Origin: Octopus sinensis
Lineage: Eukaryota
Reading direction: 5' to 3'
DNA length: 64,000 nt
Assembly (NCBI RefSeq): GCF_006345805.1
Contig: NC_043021.1
Location: 806,001-870,000, forward strand
The notes under the pieces were generated by a model. It did no database searches. It was not told where the DNA came from and worked only from the letters and a program-made list of their open reading frames with translations. The number at the start of each line of letters is the position of its first letter. Within the stretch, counting starts at the first letter, position 1. A program made the translations under genes and the position numbers. Positions 26,058 through 39,331 of the stretch are shown here, in pieces.

Positions 26058-26090
<33 letters not shown>
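25815..26090. repeat. (ACAT)n tetranucleotide tract
   Basis: Read directly; similar tracts at 14788-14950, 32830-32945 and 33305-33580. Confidence 0.95.
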
Positions 26091-26091
<1 letters not shown>

Positions 26092-26386
26092 AAGAAATGA
26101 TATCAGATATATTTTGTGTTGAGTGGGAGTGAAATAATACAAAAAATTAAAATAGAAAAAACAAAAGACAAAGACAGGTGAAAGAACAACAAAGTGAATT
26201 AGTTTGACGCCCAGGTAAACTGGAAGAGTCTTCGACGTTTCGAACCTACGCTCTTCTAGAGAAAGGATTAAGAGAAGAAAACACATGGGGAGAGGATAAA
26301 TAACGGAGAAAGAAAAGAAAGAAATAAAAATGTGTCTGGCTTAACGGTTGCACATGTCGTGTATAATATATTATATGTGTGTATAT

Positions 26387-26432
<46 letters not shown>

Positions 26433-26826
26433 ATATATATATATATACATATATACATATATACATCACACGCGAGCGTACACGCACACACACACATATA
26501 TATATATATCATATATATACATATATACATATATACATATATACATATATACATGCACACCCGTACATACATGCATATACACGCTTACACACTCACATGT
26601 GTGTGTGTGTGTCTAGTATTGTTTTGATGATTCATTCTAATTATGCGATAATATTTTACAGAATCTGACGAGAGGTCATATCTGGCTGTAATTAGACCAA
26701 AGGTAAATCTAACCCAGCTGTGTGTCAATCATTTCATATCAGATCTGGTTTGGATTGGCGCGGTTCGGTGTACAACCTTCAAATAGTTTATAGAAGAATA
26801 GTGTGTGTGTGTGTGTGTGTGTGTGT

Positions 26827-26889
<63 letters not shown>

Positions 26890-27091
26890 GTGTGTGTGTG
26901 TGTGTGTGTGGTGTGTGAGGGTGTGTGATTGTGTGTATCGTTATATATTTGTGTGTATGTCAACGTCACACATTCACTAACCAGAATATGTCGCAGATAT
27001 GTTTGTTTCGGGTGAGTACGTGACTCTGAATTTCTTCCAAATATTCTAAATGTGAGACTGAATCAATCTATTTCACCACCCATCCATCCAT

Positions 27092-27157
<66 letters not shown>

Positions 27158-27499
27158 GTCTGTCTAAACATACGTCATACATGCACTTTTCTATATATAT
27201 CTGTGTGTGTGTGTGGTGTGTGTGTAAACTATAGCATCGGGATAGAAACGTATGTTAACCATCGGAACTTTCTGTCCGTGTTCACTAAGTTCACTGTGGT
27301 TTACTTCTTCATTGTTCACTAAAAGAGGCCGTTACCTTTCAAACACCTGTTCACTAATTCCATTCCATAGAAACGAATGGATTCTCCTTTCCTGCTTGTT
27401 TTTCTCTCCTTCATTATATTCTTCACACGGTCGACTGCTTAATATATTCTTCACGCTTGAATGGCTTCCTCCGGGCGGAACCGTTGGCGCACCAGGAAA

Positions 27500-27675
27500 A
27501 CACTTAGCTGTTTCTCGTTTGTCTTTACTTTCAGAGTTCAAATTCTGCCGCGGTCGACTTTGCCCCCCCCCCCCCGCCATCCTTTTGCTGTTGATAAATT
27601 AAGTACCACTCAAGTACTGGGGGCAATGTAATCGACTAGTCTCCTCCCTCCAAATTTCAGGCCTTGTGTCTATAT
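27500..27675 (+). mobile_element. SINE family A copy with (ATT)n tail
   Basis: gagttcaaattctgccgcggtcgactttgcc...gataaattaagtacc core. Confidence 0.8.
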
Positions 27676-27680
27676 TATTA

Positions 27681-27730
<50 letters not shown>

Positions 27731-27754
27731 GTTGCTGTTGTTGTTGTTGTTGAG

Positions 27755-28110
27755 TGAGAGAGCAGTGCATGCCATCAAAGTGACACTGGGGTAAAATATA
27801 CGATGCCCAGTATACCCATCGTGACTACCCGTCTGATAAGAGTACACCAGGCACATGCATCACAACCATACGTGCGCGACATAGTGATCTCATATCAAGA
27901 TGACCTTGTAGGTGGAGCTCAGTTAGAACTTTCTTCAGCTCAAGTAGTTATCCAAACCCCAAAGAATCCCTCTCAACACATGGCTATGATGCTCCCCCAC
28001 TACTTCTGCTCATGATCAGAGATGCACATATCGTCAGCCACAAAGGGACATGCTCAACTGGTTAAGGTCAAACGACTGATAAGCAAATCTGTGGTAAGGA
28101 GCAGAATACC
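27755..28110. mobile_element. Probable interspersed repeat of unassigned class
   Basis: Non-simple sequence recalled as a common octopus repeat; single copy in this window, so not verifiable here. Confidence 0.35.
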
Positions 28111-29255
28111 ATCACCAGGTGTGTTTCGCTATGTCTAACTTAATTACAGCACCTGATAGGATTAGGCAAACCCTTTTTAAGTCAAGTTTTGTCATATCAT
28201 GGCCCTTTCGAGTGGAGGCTTCTTGAGGGAGTTGTATCCAGGTTTAGGTGGCTTATCTGGTATCGCTTGAAGAAATGTGTCGAAGAATATACCTGTGTGC
28301 ATGCATGTATGTATGTAAAATATATAGCTGCCGTACCACTTCATGGTTAAGTGAGATCCCGGGTTCGACCTCTCTGCGTACCAGAATAGTATCACTCCCA
28401 TCACCACCACCACTACACTACTACTACTACTACTACTAATACTAATACTAATACTACCACTACTACTACTACTACTACCACCACCATATTACTGGAATAT
28501 CCCCCCTCCCTGCACCACATTACTGAATGTTTGAAGCAATTCTTGACAGATTGTCAAAACATACATTTCTGATGTTTAAAACATCAATCTATATTTATAT
28601 ATCGCACATACACACATGCATACATACACACACACATAAATCGGTCTGTGTGTGTATGAGTATACTCTCATACTATATATATATATATATTTATTTATAT
28701 ATATACTTGCAGGTGCGTATAATATTAATATATGCAGATGAGTGCGTATATGTGTTGTTGCCCACCCGTATAATATACGTTTGTATTGTGTAAATATATT
28801 TACAAATCATCGTCTTTGACATACTTGAGTATGCCATGTGTGTGTATATATATATATATATATCGTGTGTGTTTATGTCATCATATCTGCATGCGTGTAT
28901 GAATTTATGTACTGTGTATTGTGTGTGTGTTGTGTCTGTCTGTGATAAGACACGATGGAAGGGCGTTCTGAAGTGTCACCCCCACCCACTTAATGCTTTC
29001 CCACTCCGTGACGCAGCAACAATAGATTCTGTTCGTCATAAAGTAGGTGAGATTGTTGTTCAGGGAACCGTTATCATAATGCGATAATGTGAAGCTATCG
29101 TCCTTGGTTCCAGCCCATCAAACATACACCAGTGCACTAAAGAAAACACACCGTATTTCTTAGAGAAGATATATTTGGCGGATAAAACTGAAGTATATCA
29201 TATATCTATGCAACCATCAGCTTCTCTGTAACTCTGTCTCACTAACTAACTAACT

Positions 29256-29327
<72 letters not shown>

Positions 29328-29411
29328 TATATATATATACATATATTGATTAAAAACGGTAAGATAAGAAAAGAAAGAAAGAGACCTCGATATTATGTAA
29401 TAGAGGAATTT

Positions 29412-29636
29412 ATCTGTAAATGTAATATGTGACAATTATTCGGTAGCCATGATAAAACTCCGAGTTTCGGATGCCGAGGCGGAAATTCACGCCACCATCT
29501 CTGCAGTTATCGGCTATCGGGAAAACGCTTTGGCCGGACAACTGCAGAGATGGTGGCGTGAATTTCCACCTCGGCATCCGAAACTCGGAGTTTTATTTTG
29601 GCTACCGAATAATTGTCACATATTACATTTACAGAT
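29412..29636. repeat. Long near-perfect hairpin: ~97-bp arms, 31-nt loop
   Basis: 29412-29508 is the reverse complement of 29540-29636 with about four mismatches. Confidence 0.92.
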
Positions 29637-29996
29637 ATATATACAGGGGTGAAGATTAGCTCAGTCCTCGCTACCCCACTCTGGTAAAGCATACAGGATA
29701 AGGGGCGAAACACTAGTGACTCTGGAATACTTGCTGACGATAAAGAAGGGTTTCTAACGTTGCAATGAAGTTAGAAGAGCTTGCAAAACCTCTGAGTAAC
29801 TCCTGGAGTTTCTGCGTAGGGCAAAGTATCTCTGGTGTTTATTTCACCTCTGTGTGAGGGGGAGAGTGTTTGTGTGTCCGTGTGTCCGTGTCCGTGTGTG
29901 TGTGTGTTCGTGCCTATGTGAAGATCTATAAGAATCAAGATACATCAGCCAGTTGGGCGACGCGTTGTGTTCATGAATAAAACACTTCATTTCACG

Positions 29997-30034
<38 letters not shown>

Positions 30035-30199
30035 ACGTGATCATATATCACGTGAGCGACCAGACTATCGGATGTTATTATACATCACTGGTAACAATGC
30101 GCTTTCTACCGTTTTTAACTTTCGAATGCTGTCACCGCCGCTGGCCAGGCGGACCGGCCAACATTTCCCCCCTGATGGAAGGGCTTTTTCAGTCGTTGA

Positions 30200-30345
30200 G
30201 GTCACCCATTTACAGCTGAATGGACTGGAGCAATATGAAATGGTGTTTTCCTCAAGTAAACGTAGAGCGCGGTCGATCTGGAAAGCGAAACCACGATCTC
30301 AAAATCGTCACCGCAACACGCCAAACCACTAGGCCACGCGCCTTC
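30200..30345 (-). mobile_element. tRNA-derived SINE head (family related to the 922 copy)
   Basis: Reverse complement gaaggcgcgtggcctagtggtt...ttgaggaaaacaccatttcatattgctccagtccattcagct; A-box-like TGGCCTAGTGG. Confidence 0.65.
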
Positions 30346-30394
30346 ATATATCATACACACACACACACACACACCAACACACACACACACCCAC

Positions 30395-30468
<74 letters not shown>

Positions 30469-30665
30469 TGCATGCATGTCTATTCCCCTTGCAAGTAGAC
30501 AAGAGTGTGTGACTGTTATTATAAGCCATGCAAACTCGATACGGTTCTTGTCTCGATTCCAGCAACAGACTATCGTTTCTCGCTCAGGTAACAACAGCCA
30601 TCTTCTTTTCTTAGTTGAACATTCATAAAAACAATATACTACATACACATATGTTTATATATTAC

Positions 30666-30702
<37 letters not shown>

Positions 30703-30706
<4 letters not shown>

Positions 30707-30875
30707 ATCCAAACATGAATACACAAGAAAAACACAACGTGAGGACGTGGAACAAGTATGTGTATTGGACGCTTAGGAAGAAGGAGGGTTTAACGTTCGA
30801 GCCATCGTCGGAAACATAGGAGAAGGAAAGTAGGAAAGGAAGACGGAGGAAAAATCGCCAACGATACACACGCGG

Positions 30876-30946
<71 letters not shown>

Positions 30947-31266
30947 CACACACATTGATACACACACACTCACACGTGATTAGATTATATATATTATATT
31001 ATACGTTGTGAGTGTGTGGTTCAATGTGTGTGTGTGTGTATGTGTATATATTATAATATATATATATATATACTATAATATATAGATATATCCGCGTGTG
31101 TATCGTTGGCGATTTTTTCTCAGTCTCCTTCCTGGATCTTCCTTCTCCTATGATTCCGACGAGAGCTCCGCTCGAAAGTTAAAACCTCATTCTTTCTGAG
31201 CGTAAACACTATTTGGTTCCACGTCCTAACGTTGTGTATTTATCTTGTGTATCATGTTTGGATTAT
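30703..31266. mobile_element. Two inverted copies (30703-30878 and 31088-31266) of a ~180-bp element separated by microsatellite; third partial copy at 38145-38242
   Basis: aaaatcgccaacgatacacacgcggatat versus atatccgcgtgtgtatcgttggcgatttt; both ends abut (TA)n. Confidence 0.85.
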
Positions 31267-31540
31267 ATATATATATATATAATATATATATATAGACGTA
31301 TTAGGTGGTCGATAGAAATTTTCGTCTCGCGCTTGAGATGGCGTTAGGCAAAAGCATTTCTTAAATGTACAACAAAAAGCATTTTATTTATTTCTCTTCA
31401 TTTCTTTTCGTTGGAAAATTTGTAGACATTCTCTTCGTGCATATAAATAAACTACGGAACAATTCCCAAAAATTCCTTCATTTATTCAAAATTTACTTAT
31501 ATATATAAATATATAGACACACACGGACGCATGTATATTA

Positions 31541-31584
<44 letters not shown>

Positions 31585-31589
31585 CACAC

Positions 31590-31642
<53 letters not shown>

Positions 31643-31886
31643 GAGAGAAGAGAGACATTGAGGGAATTGGTATCGAAACATTGTAAAATATATCCACGGT
31701 AATTAAGAATTCAATAATAGGTCGATAGAAATTGCTATAATTCTGGTTATAAATTGAAATTAATTTGAATTACGTATCTAAATTACGCAATTATGGAATT
31801 AAAGACGTTTATTGCTAATGAAACAGCTGTTGAGCATAATTAAATTATGGACTATTTCTGAAATTCTTGCTTTTCCTTCTTTTAAT

Positions 31887-32115
<229 letters not shown>

Positions 32116-32485
32116 ATATATATATATATATATGGCTTTGCTTGGCTTCTTGGCTTCATGTTCTTGCTTGATGGTGGGAGTTCATTCCAAGATAGTGTTC
32201 GCAGAGACGTCATCATGCATAGAGATGACCAGGTCCACCAGTATTCGCCATCACTAGCAGCCCCATTCCAGCTCCTCTGCGTCCAAACGCCTGGCTGGAG
32301 TCTCAATCTTCCGAGTGCTTTTACAGTTGGGAGAAAAACTGAAGGATCGCTGCAATAAATGTGTGAATCCGAGAGGGGAATATGTTGAATAAAATCATAA
32401 TTAACTGATCCTCCTATAATTTTTCTTTTTCCCAAAGCCAGGAACTCTTCACCACCCCTTCGCATATATATATATATATATATAT

Positions 32486-32606
32486 GGGCGCATAGTTCTG
32501 TCAGTTCACTGCGTGGCACCTTGAGCAAGTGTCTTCTACTATAGCCTCGTGCTGACGAAAGCTTTGTGAGTGGGTTTCGTAGACGGAAACTGAAAGAAGC
32601 CCGTCG
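32486..32606 (+). mobile_element. SINE family B, 5' half
   Basis: gcgtggcaccttgagcaagtgtcttctactatagcctcg...gtagacggaaactgaaagaagcccgtcg followed by (TA)n(TG)n. Confidence 0.8.
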
Positions 32607-32666
<60 letters not shown>

Positions 32667-32814
32667 TGTGGTGTGTGTATGTATGTATGTATTTATGTAT
32701 ATATATATAAATTTTTTCGTAATGAGATAAACCCAAGGCAGTGTAGATTTTAGAACATTTATAAATAGGTCTTACAGCTGTTTCCAAGATATTTATTATA
32801 TCCCTTCATATATA

Positions 32815-32849
<35 letters not shown>

Positions 32850-34084
32850 ATGTATGTATGTATGTATGTATACATGTATGTATGTATGTATGTATACATG
32901 TATGTATGTATGTATGTATGCATGTATGTATGTATGTATGTATATTCACTCACATACATATCTACGTGTGTACGTGGTGTTTATGTGTCTGTGTGTGTTT
33001 GTGTGTTATCTGAACCGCCACTTAACCCCTTTATCAGTTCCCACCTTTGAACTTCTCCATTTTTTCATTTTTATCACTATCAACTGCAATTAATGTCATT
33101 GTCGTTCACCCTCTCCAATCGTGACCCTTTCTTCTACTCAAACTCTCTCTCTCTCTTTCTCTATGTTAGTCTCAAATTGCGATCTACATTTATGCACGAA
33201 TACATGTGTATGTATATACATACATTCATACATTCTCAAATTTTTCAGCGAAACAATTATGCCAGCAAGCTACGTTTATTGAAAAGAAATATGCCACCGA
33301 GGCACATGTATGTATGCATGAATGTATGTATGTATGTATGCATGTATGTATGTATGTATGTATGTATGTATGTATGTATGTATGTGTGTGTGTATGTATG
33401 TATGTATGTATGTATGTATGTATGTACGTACGTATGTATGTATGTACGTATGTTCGTACGTACGTATGTATGTATGTACGTATGTACGTACGTACGTATG
33501 TATGTACGTATGTACGTATGTACGTACGTATGTATGTATGTATGTATGTATGTATGTATGTATGTATGTATGTATGTATTTCTATTTCACAGATTTAAAA
33601 CCATTCTGTTCTACCTGGATCCTTCCTATTCAGATCATTCACAGGAATCAAGGTGTAGTAAATGCATTGCTGTGGCGTTCATGCTGTCTCGGTGACATAA
33701 ACTACAAAGTGAAAATTGCTCCATAAAATATTTCTCTCGTTCTGAGAATGACTTTAAATTATTGTTTAGCCCCAGGTTATCCTGGATGGGGTCGAGCAGA
33801 TCTGTGATGAAAGATGTTTCAGCCGTGACCATCTCACGGCTTAAGCCTGTTGTGAGGGTCACTTCTCTGCTGTTACTCTCGATTTATGTGACGAAGAAGA
33901 AAACTCGTTTTGCAGTAAATTGGGTTCGCCATATTGCAAGATATTCAAGATGGTGCACCAACTTTACTGCAATATTTACTGTGTCCTCACCACGGATGCC
34001 CTTTAGATTGCCTATTCAAAGGGTAAAGGGGTCTATACTTCTTTGACCTTACAGCGGAAACCTGATAAGACGCTCGTTTAGAAT

Positions 34085-34557
34085 TGGGCCGAATCGTTAG
34101 AGCATCGGAGAAAATCCCTTGTTTTGACTCTTTATGATCTGGGTTCAAATCCCGCAGAGGTCAACATTTTCGTTTCATCTCTTCTGTCCGCTAAATAAAG
34201 AGCCAGTCAAGTACCGGGATCTATGGTATCGACAAACCTCCCCATCCCCTCAAAACTGCGTGCCTTGTGCCTTAATCAGAGGCCATTATTATTATGAAAA
34301 AATCTTTCCCTATTTTCATGCTAGTTTCTGCTGCACCACATCATACAATTCCTTGTTCATGAAGAGTGTGCGCCATTGTAGTTTTGAGAAGCACATCTTC
34401 CTCCCGTCGGCCTACAGCACCATTTTGTTTTGTTGTGGCGTTTAGTTTCTCGTTTCTTGTTAAACTAATGTTTATTTTTTGTTGTGTGTTATGTGGGTTG
34501 CGTTACTTTATTGGCTTTTAATCTCGTATAAGTCGCACAAATTACGTTCTTTTAGGT

Positions 34558-34596
<39 letters not shown>

Positions 34597-34769
34597 CAGC
34601 AGTAGCTGGCAGAATTGTTAGCATGCCGGTCTTTACGCTCTGAGTTCAAATTCTGCCGAGGTCGACTTTGCCTTTCATCCTTTCGGCGTCGATAAATTAA
34701 GTACCAATCAAGTACTAATTGACTTACTCCTCCACCATAATTTCAGGTCTTGCGCCTACAATAGAAAGG

Positions 34770-34826
<57 letters not shown>

Positions 34827-34975
34827 GTGTGTTTGCAGAATCGGTAGACAGTCGAAAAAAAAATGCCTGGCGGTATTTCTTGTGGCTCTTTGATGTTCTG
34901 AGTTCAAATGCCGCCAAGATCATCTTCGCCTGTCATCTTTTTGGGTCGATAAAATAAAGTACCAGCCAATTATTT
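34085..34975 (+). mobile_element. Cluster of three SINE family A copies (~34085-34295, 34603-34770, 34830-34970)
   Basis: Each has the gagttcaaat..cc..gaggtc.ac...tttcatc...gtcgataaa..aagtacc core. Confidence 0.75.
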
Positions 34976-34999
34976 GAAATCAGCGGTAGTAGTAGTAGC

Positions 35000-35038
<39 letters not shown>

Positions 35039-35494
35039 CTACCATCAACTCAGTGAAAGTGTAAATCTCTTTTGTCCTATTCCCCTCTCCCCACCCCTTC
35101 CTCTTCCTCTTTATCTTTATTCATCTCTTTCTCTTTTCCTCTTTATTCTTCTTCTTGTTGCTTTTCTTTTTCTTTTTCTTTCTCCCGTCTTCTTCTTTCA
35201 TTGCTTCAACAACTTTTATTATTTTTCTTTCATTTTCTTCCCCTTCTTTTTCCCTCCCCCCCCCCATCTTTCAACACCACACACACCATACACATGCACG
35301 CACACACACAAACGCACGCGCACACAAAGACCCGGTGTGTAAGAAAGACAAACAAGCTCATCCTGGAGATCCAAACTCGAGATAGCAACAACAACAACAA
35401 CAACGTCATGCCTCTTTTACGTCGGGTTTTCTTCTCCTACCACTCCTCATATCTCTCTCTTCCTCTCCCCATCTCTCCCTCTCATATCATAACA

Positions 35495-35760
35495 GTGGTG
35501 GTGACGGCGGTGGTGATGGTGGAATCGGTGGTGGAATTGTTGTTGTTGTTGTTGTTGTTCTTATTGTTGTTGTTGCTGTTGTTGTTGTTGGTGGTGGTGG
35601 TGGTGGTGGTGGTGATGGTGGTGGTGGTGGTGGTGGTGGTGGTGGTGGTGATGGTGGTGGTGGTGGTGGTGGTGGTTATGGTGGTGGTAGACACAACCCA
35701 CAACCACAGTAGCAACAACAACAATAACAACAACAGAAACAGCACAACGAACAAGATGAC
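35495..35760. repeat. (GGT)n/(GTT)n/(AAC)n trinucleotide complex
   Basis: Read directly from the sequence. Confidence 0.9.
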
Positions 35761-37352
35761 GTAAAAAGAAATCTCTGACGTTTAAACCGCAAATATTTCG
35801 ATGGATGACGAAATCATTTTATTTGTATCTATGAAGAAATACTTCGGCAATCGATTTCATTTCACTTCGTTATCCTCCATTAAATGTACACACAACGAAA
35901 GATCACCACACACACACACACACACACACCTGCAACTGAAACCAGCACAATAAGTTAACAGCAAACTTATGGTGGTGCTCGTTTACAGCTTGGTAGACTG
36001 AGCCGCAAAACAGGGACCCAAATTAATGCTGCCAACAGATTACGAAGCTAAGCTTTTATCCTAGTTCCACCGTATTTTATCAACTGGGCCTTCGGTTCTT
36101 TTCTTCAATTAGACGACCCAGTTAAATGACCCAATACTGAAATCCCACGACGTCTGTTGCTTTCTCGACCCCTCAACGCCTCGTTTCTTCACCTCCTTCT
36201 GCTCAGTCACCTGATAATCAGACGCTAATTGTTTCATTTATTCTCGTCATTTTTTTCGTGTCAGATTATGTCAAGTTGGTTCGTGTTAAAAAACGGGGCT
36301 TTATTCACAGAAAGAAATATTTCCGTCTGGCTTGAGGCAAGATTAACAGCAGACATAATTGTCATGTGACCAGATCATTGTCATCGGATTGTGCAGGTCG
36401 GGTTGACGGTTAGTGACATCATGGTAATATGGCCGTGACCAGGGTACCGTGGGAAAACCTCGCTACAAACAGGGAGCGCTTGGTGTCGCTATTCCAACAC
36501 AGCAGTGGCGAGTTCAAATTAGAGTCGTTACCTCGTTGTTACACTGTGTCTGAGTCACAGCTTCATTGTGCTACAGTGAATTAGTGAAACACAGTGCCAC
36601 AGCGTCACCGTGCCACGACACACCATGTCCCAACCTCACTGTGACAGGACCCTCTGTGTCACTGTGCTACCCACCTCACTGCGTCACTGTACCGCAGTGT
36701 CCAAACGGCACGGTGTCTCTGTCGTTGTGCTAAAATTCTTTATGCGTGCCACAATGTCAGTTTAACACAGTTATTTGTCACTTAGTGTCACACTGTGTGC
36801 CACTGTGCCACCACTCCAAGTATCCATGTGCACCACTACATTTCATTACTGTATTACTACGACAATGTGACCCTATCTGTGTCACATTGTGCCAGGGTCA
36901 TTGTGTCTCTAGATCACAACTTCAACATGACACAATCCGATGTCGTTTCTGTTCTCAATTTCAAATACAATAAAGAACAGCTAAAGGCTATAGGCTTGTC
37001 CTTTCACTGACAGCATTCCAGCACAACAACACCACCAACAACAACAATAGCAACAACAACAACAACAATAGCAACAACAACAATAGCAACAACAACAACA
37101 ACAATAAAGTGTTCGTGAACCGACCACTTAAGCGCAACAATATTGCAGTGTTATAGAATATCAGATAATGACAACAACAACAGCAGCAACAACAAAAACA
37201 GCAGCAGCAGTGGATGTATATATTGCATCTGTACGTAGACATGTATGTATATGCATCTACGCATGTTTTTTGTGTATATACATGTGGCTGTTTGTTTGCC
37301 TGTTTGTTTTTACATTAGAACTAATTGGAGTATTGTCATATCTGAACATTGT

Positions 37353-37385
<33 letters not shown>

Positions 37386-37388
37386 TCT

Positions 37389-37460
<72 letters not shown>

Positions 37461-38092
37461 TGTGTGTGTGTGTGGTTGTTGTGTGTGTGTGTGTGTGTGT
37501 GTGTGTATGGATACACATATATAGACTATACACACACACGCACATATATATGATATATGGATACATATATATGCATATATACCATATATACATACACATA
37601 CAGATACACACACTCTCACATATATATATGATATATGAATATATATATATACATACATATATACACACACATACACACACTCACACACACACACATATAC
37701 ATGTATATATATATGCACGCACACATACACACACACACATATATATAGTGCATAGTAACTGAAGTCAGTGAAAGTATTGTGTTTGAAGTGAGGATTATTG
37801 CTGTTCTCTCTCACTCCACCACCTCCCCCTCCTCCTGCACCACCACCCCTCCTCCACCACCTCCTCCTCCTCCTCCCCCTCCAGATTATCTCCCGGTAGG
37901 AATGTTTAAGTGAGAAGATGAAAAGTGACCTGCACTTTTTTTTTATCTTCTTATTCATAGATGTGTGTGTGTGTGTGTTTGTGTATGCATTTATAAATAT
38001 ACATACACACGCACATGTAATGTTATATGCGTGTATATATTTCCTGTATGTGTGTGTGTGTGTGTATGCATCAGTATTTATAAGCTACTTAT

Positions 38093-38140
<48 letters not shown>

Positions 38141-39331
38141 CTCTCTCCTTCTTTCCCTCTTTCCTGAGCGTCTATAACACTATACTTGTTCAACGTCCTC
38201 GCGTTGTTGTTTTTCTCTTGTGTTTTCTGTTTGGATTAACTATATACTATATAAATATTATATATATTATATATTATTATATATATATAATATATATATA
38301 TATATAATATATATATAATATATATATATATCACTATCTTCTATGGGTTTTCAGCCAGAGGCTGAGGCCATGCTGGGGCACGACTTTATTGCATCCGGAG
38401 ATTTTTCCAGTATTGCTTCTAGTGAAGTAGCGAGTTGGACGTTGCCGCTCTTCTTTGTGCCTCCTGCCCCGCTGTGGGTTCTTCCGGTATGGCAACACCT
38501 TGCAGGTCACTGATACTCTGCGGTCGGGCATTAAAAAGTTGAATCCCAAGCTATTACAATATTGGCTTCGTATCCTCTTCATTATAATTAAAACCACTTC
38601 ACGTTAAGCTAATTCGATGTTGTCCAATTTTATTCGTGTTTTTCGAAACTCGTCACTGCCCTTGGAATTCGTTAAGATATAAAACAATAAAAGAGAGGAC
38701 AACATTGCAGATGACAGATAACAATGACATAGATATAGATAACAATGACAAGAGCCACACCTCCATAAAATAGAAAAGAAGAATGCAACAAAATAGTCCG
38801 ATAATGTCTGGTATTTGAAGGAACGTGCCTCTCGATTCCTTATCAAGTAGAAGATCCTTCATAGATACAAACCGTACTAGAATTATACATGAAAATTGCG
38901 GTTATGCATAGCTACGAAGAACCTCATACTGAACAGCCAACAAAAAAGTTGACTTTCTAAATGTCAGCACCATAATTATCGCTAAATGCAGCCATTTCAT
39001 GAAATACCTTCTAAGCGCCGGAACATTATGTCACACGCTCATTGAATGAATCAATACTTAACTCTTTACTAAGAACATCTTAACTCATTCTATATCTCTC
39101 TTTGGTTTCAACCCATTGCGTATATTTGATAGGCTCTTCCTCATCCTTATCCTACCCCTATGACCTCTCTGCTGACCTGACAACAGTGACCTCTACTGAC
39201 CTGACAACAGTGAGAAGATGAGTGAAAGAGTAATCTCTTTTAATTTTGTCTTTGCTTTCTTTTTCTTAGGTTAGTATTCTAATTATGTCTTTTTTTATAT
39301 ATATTTTCTAGTTTCCTCTAAAAGCAGAATC

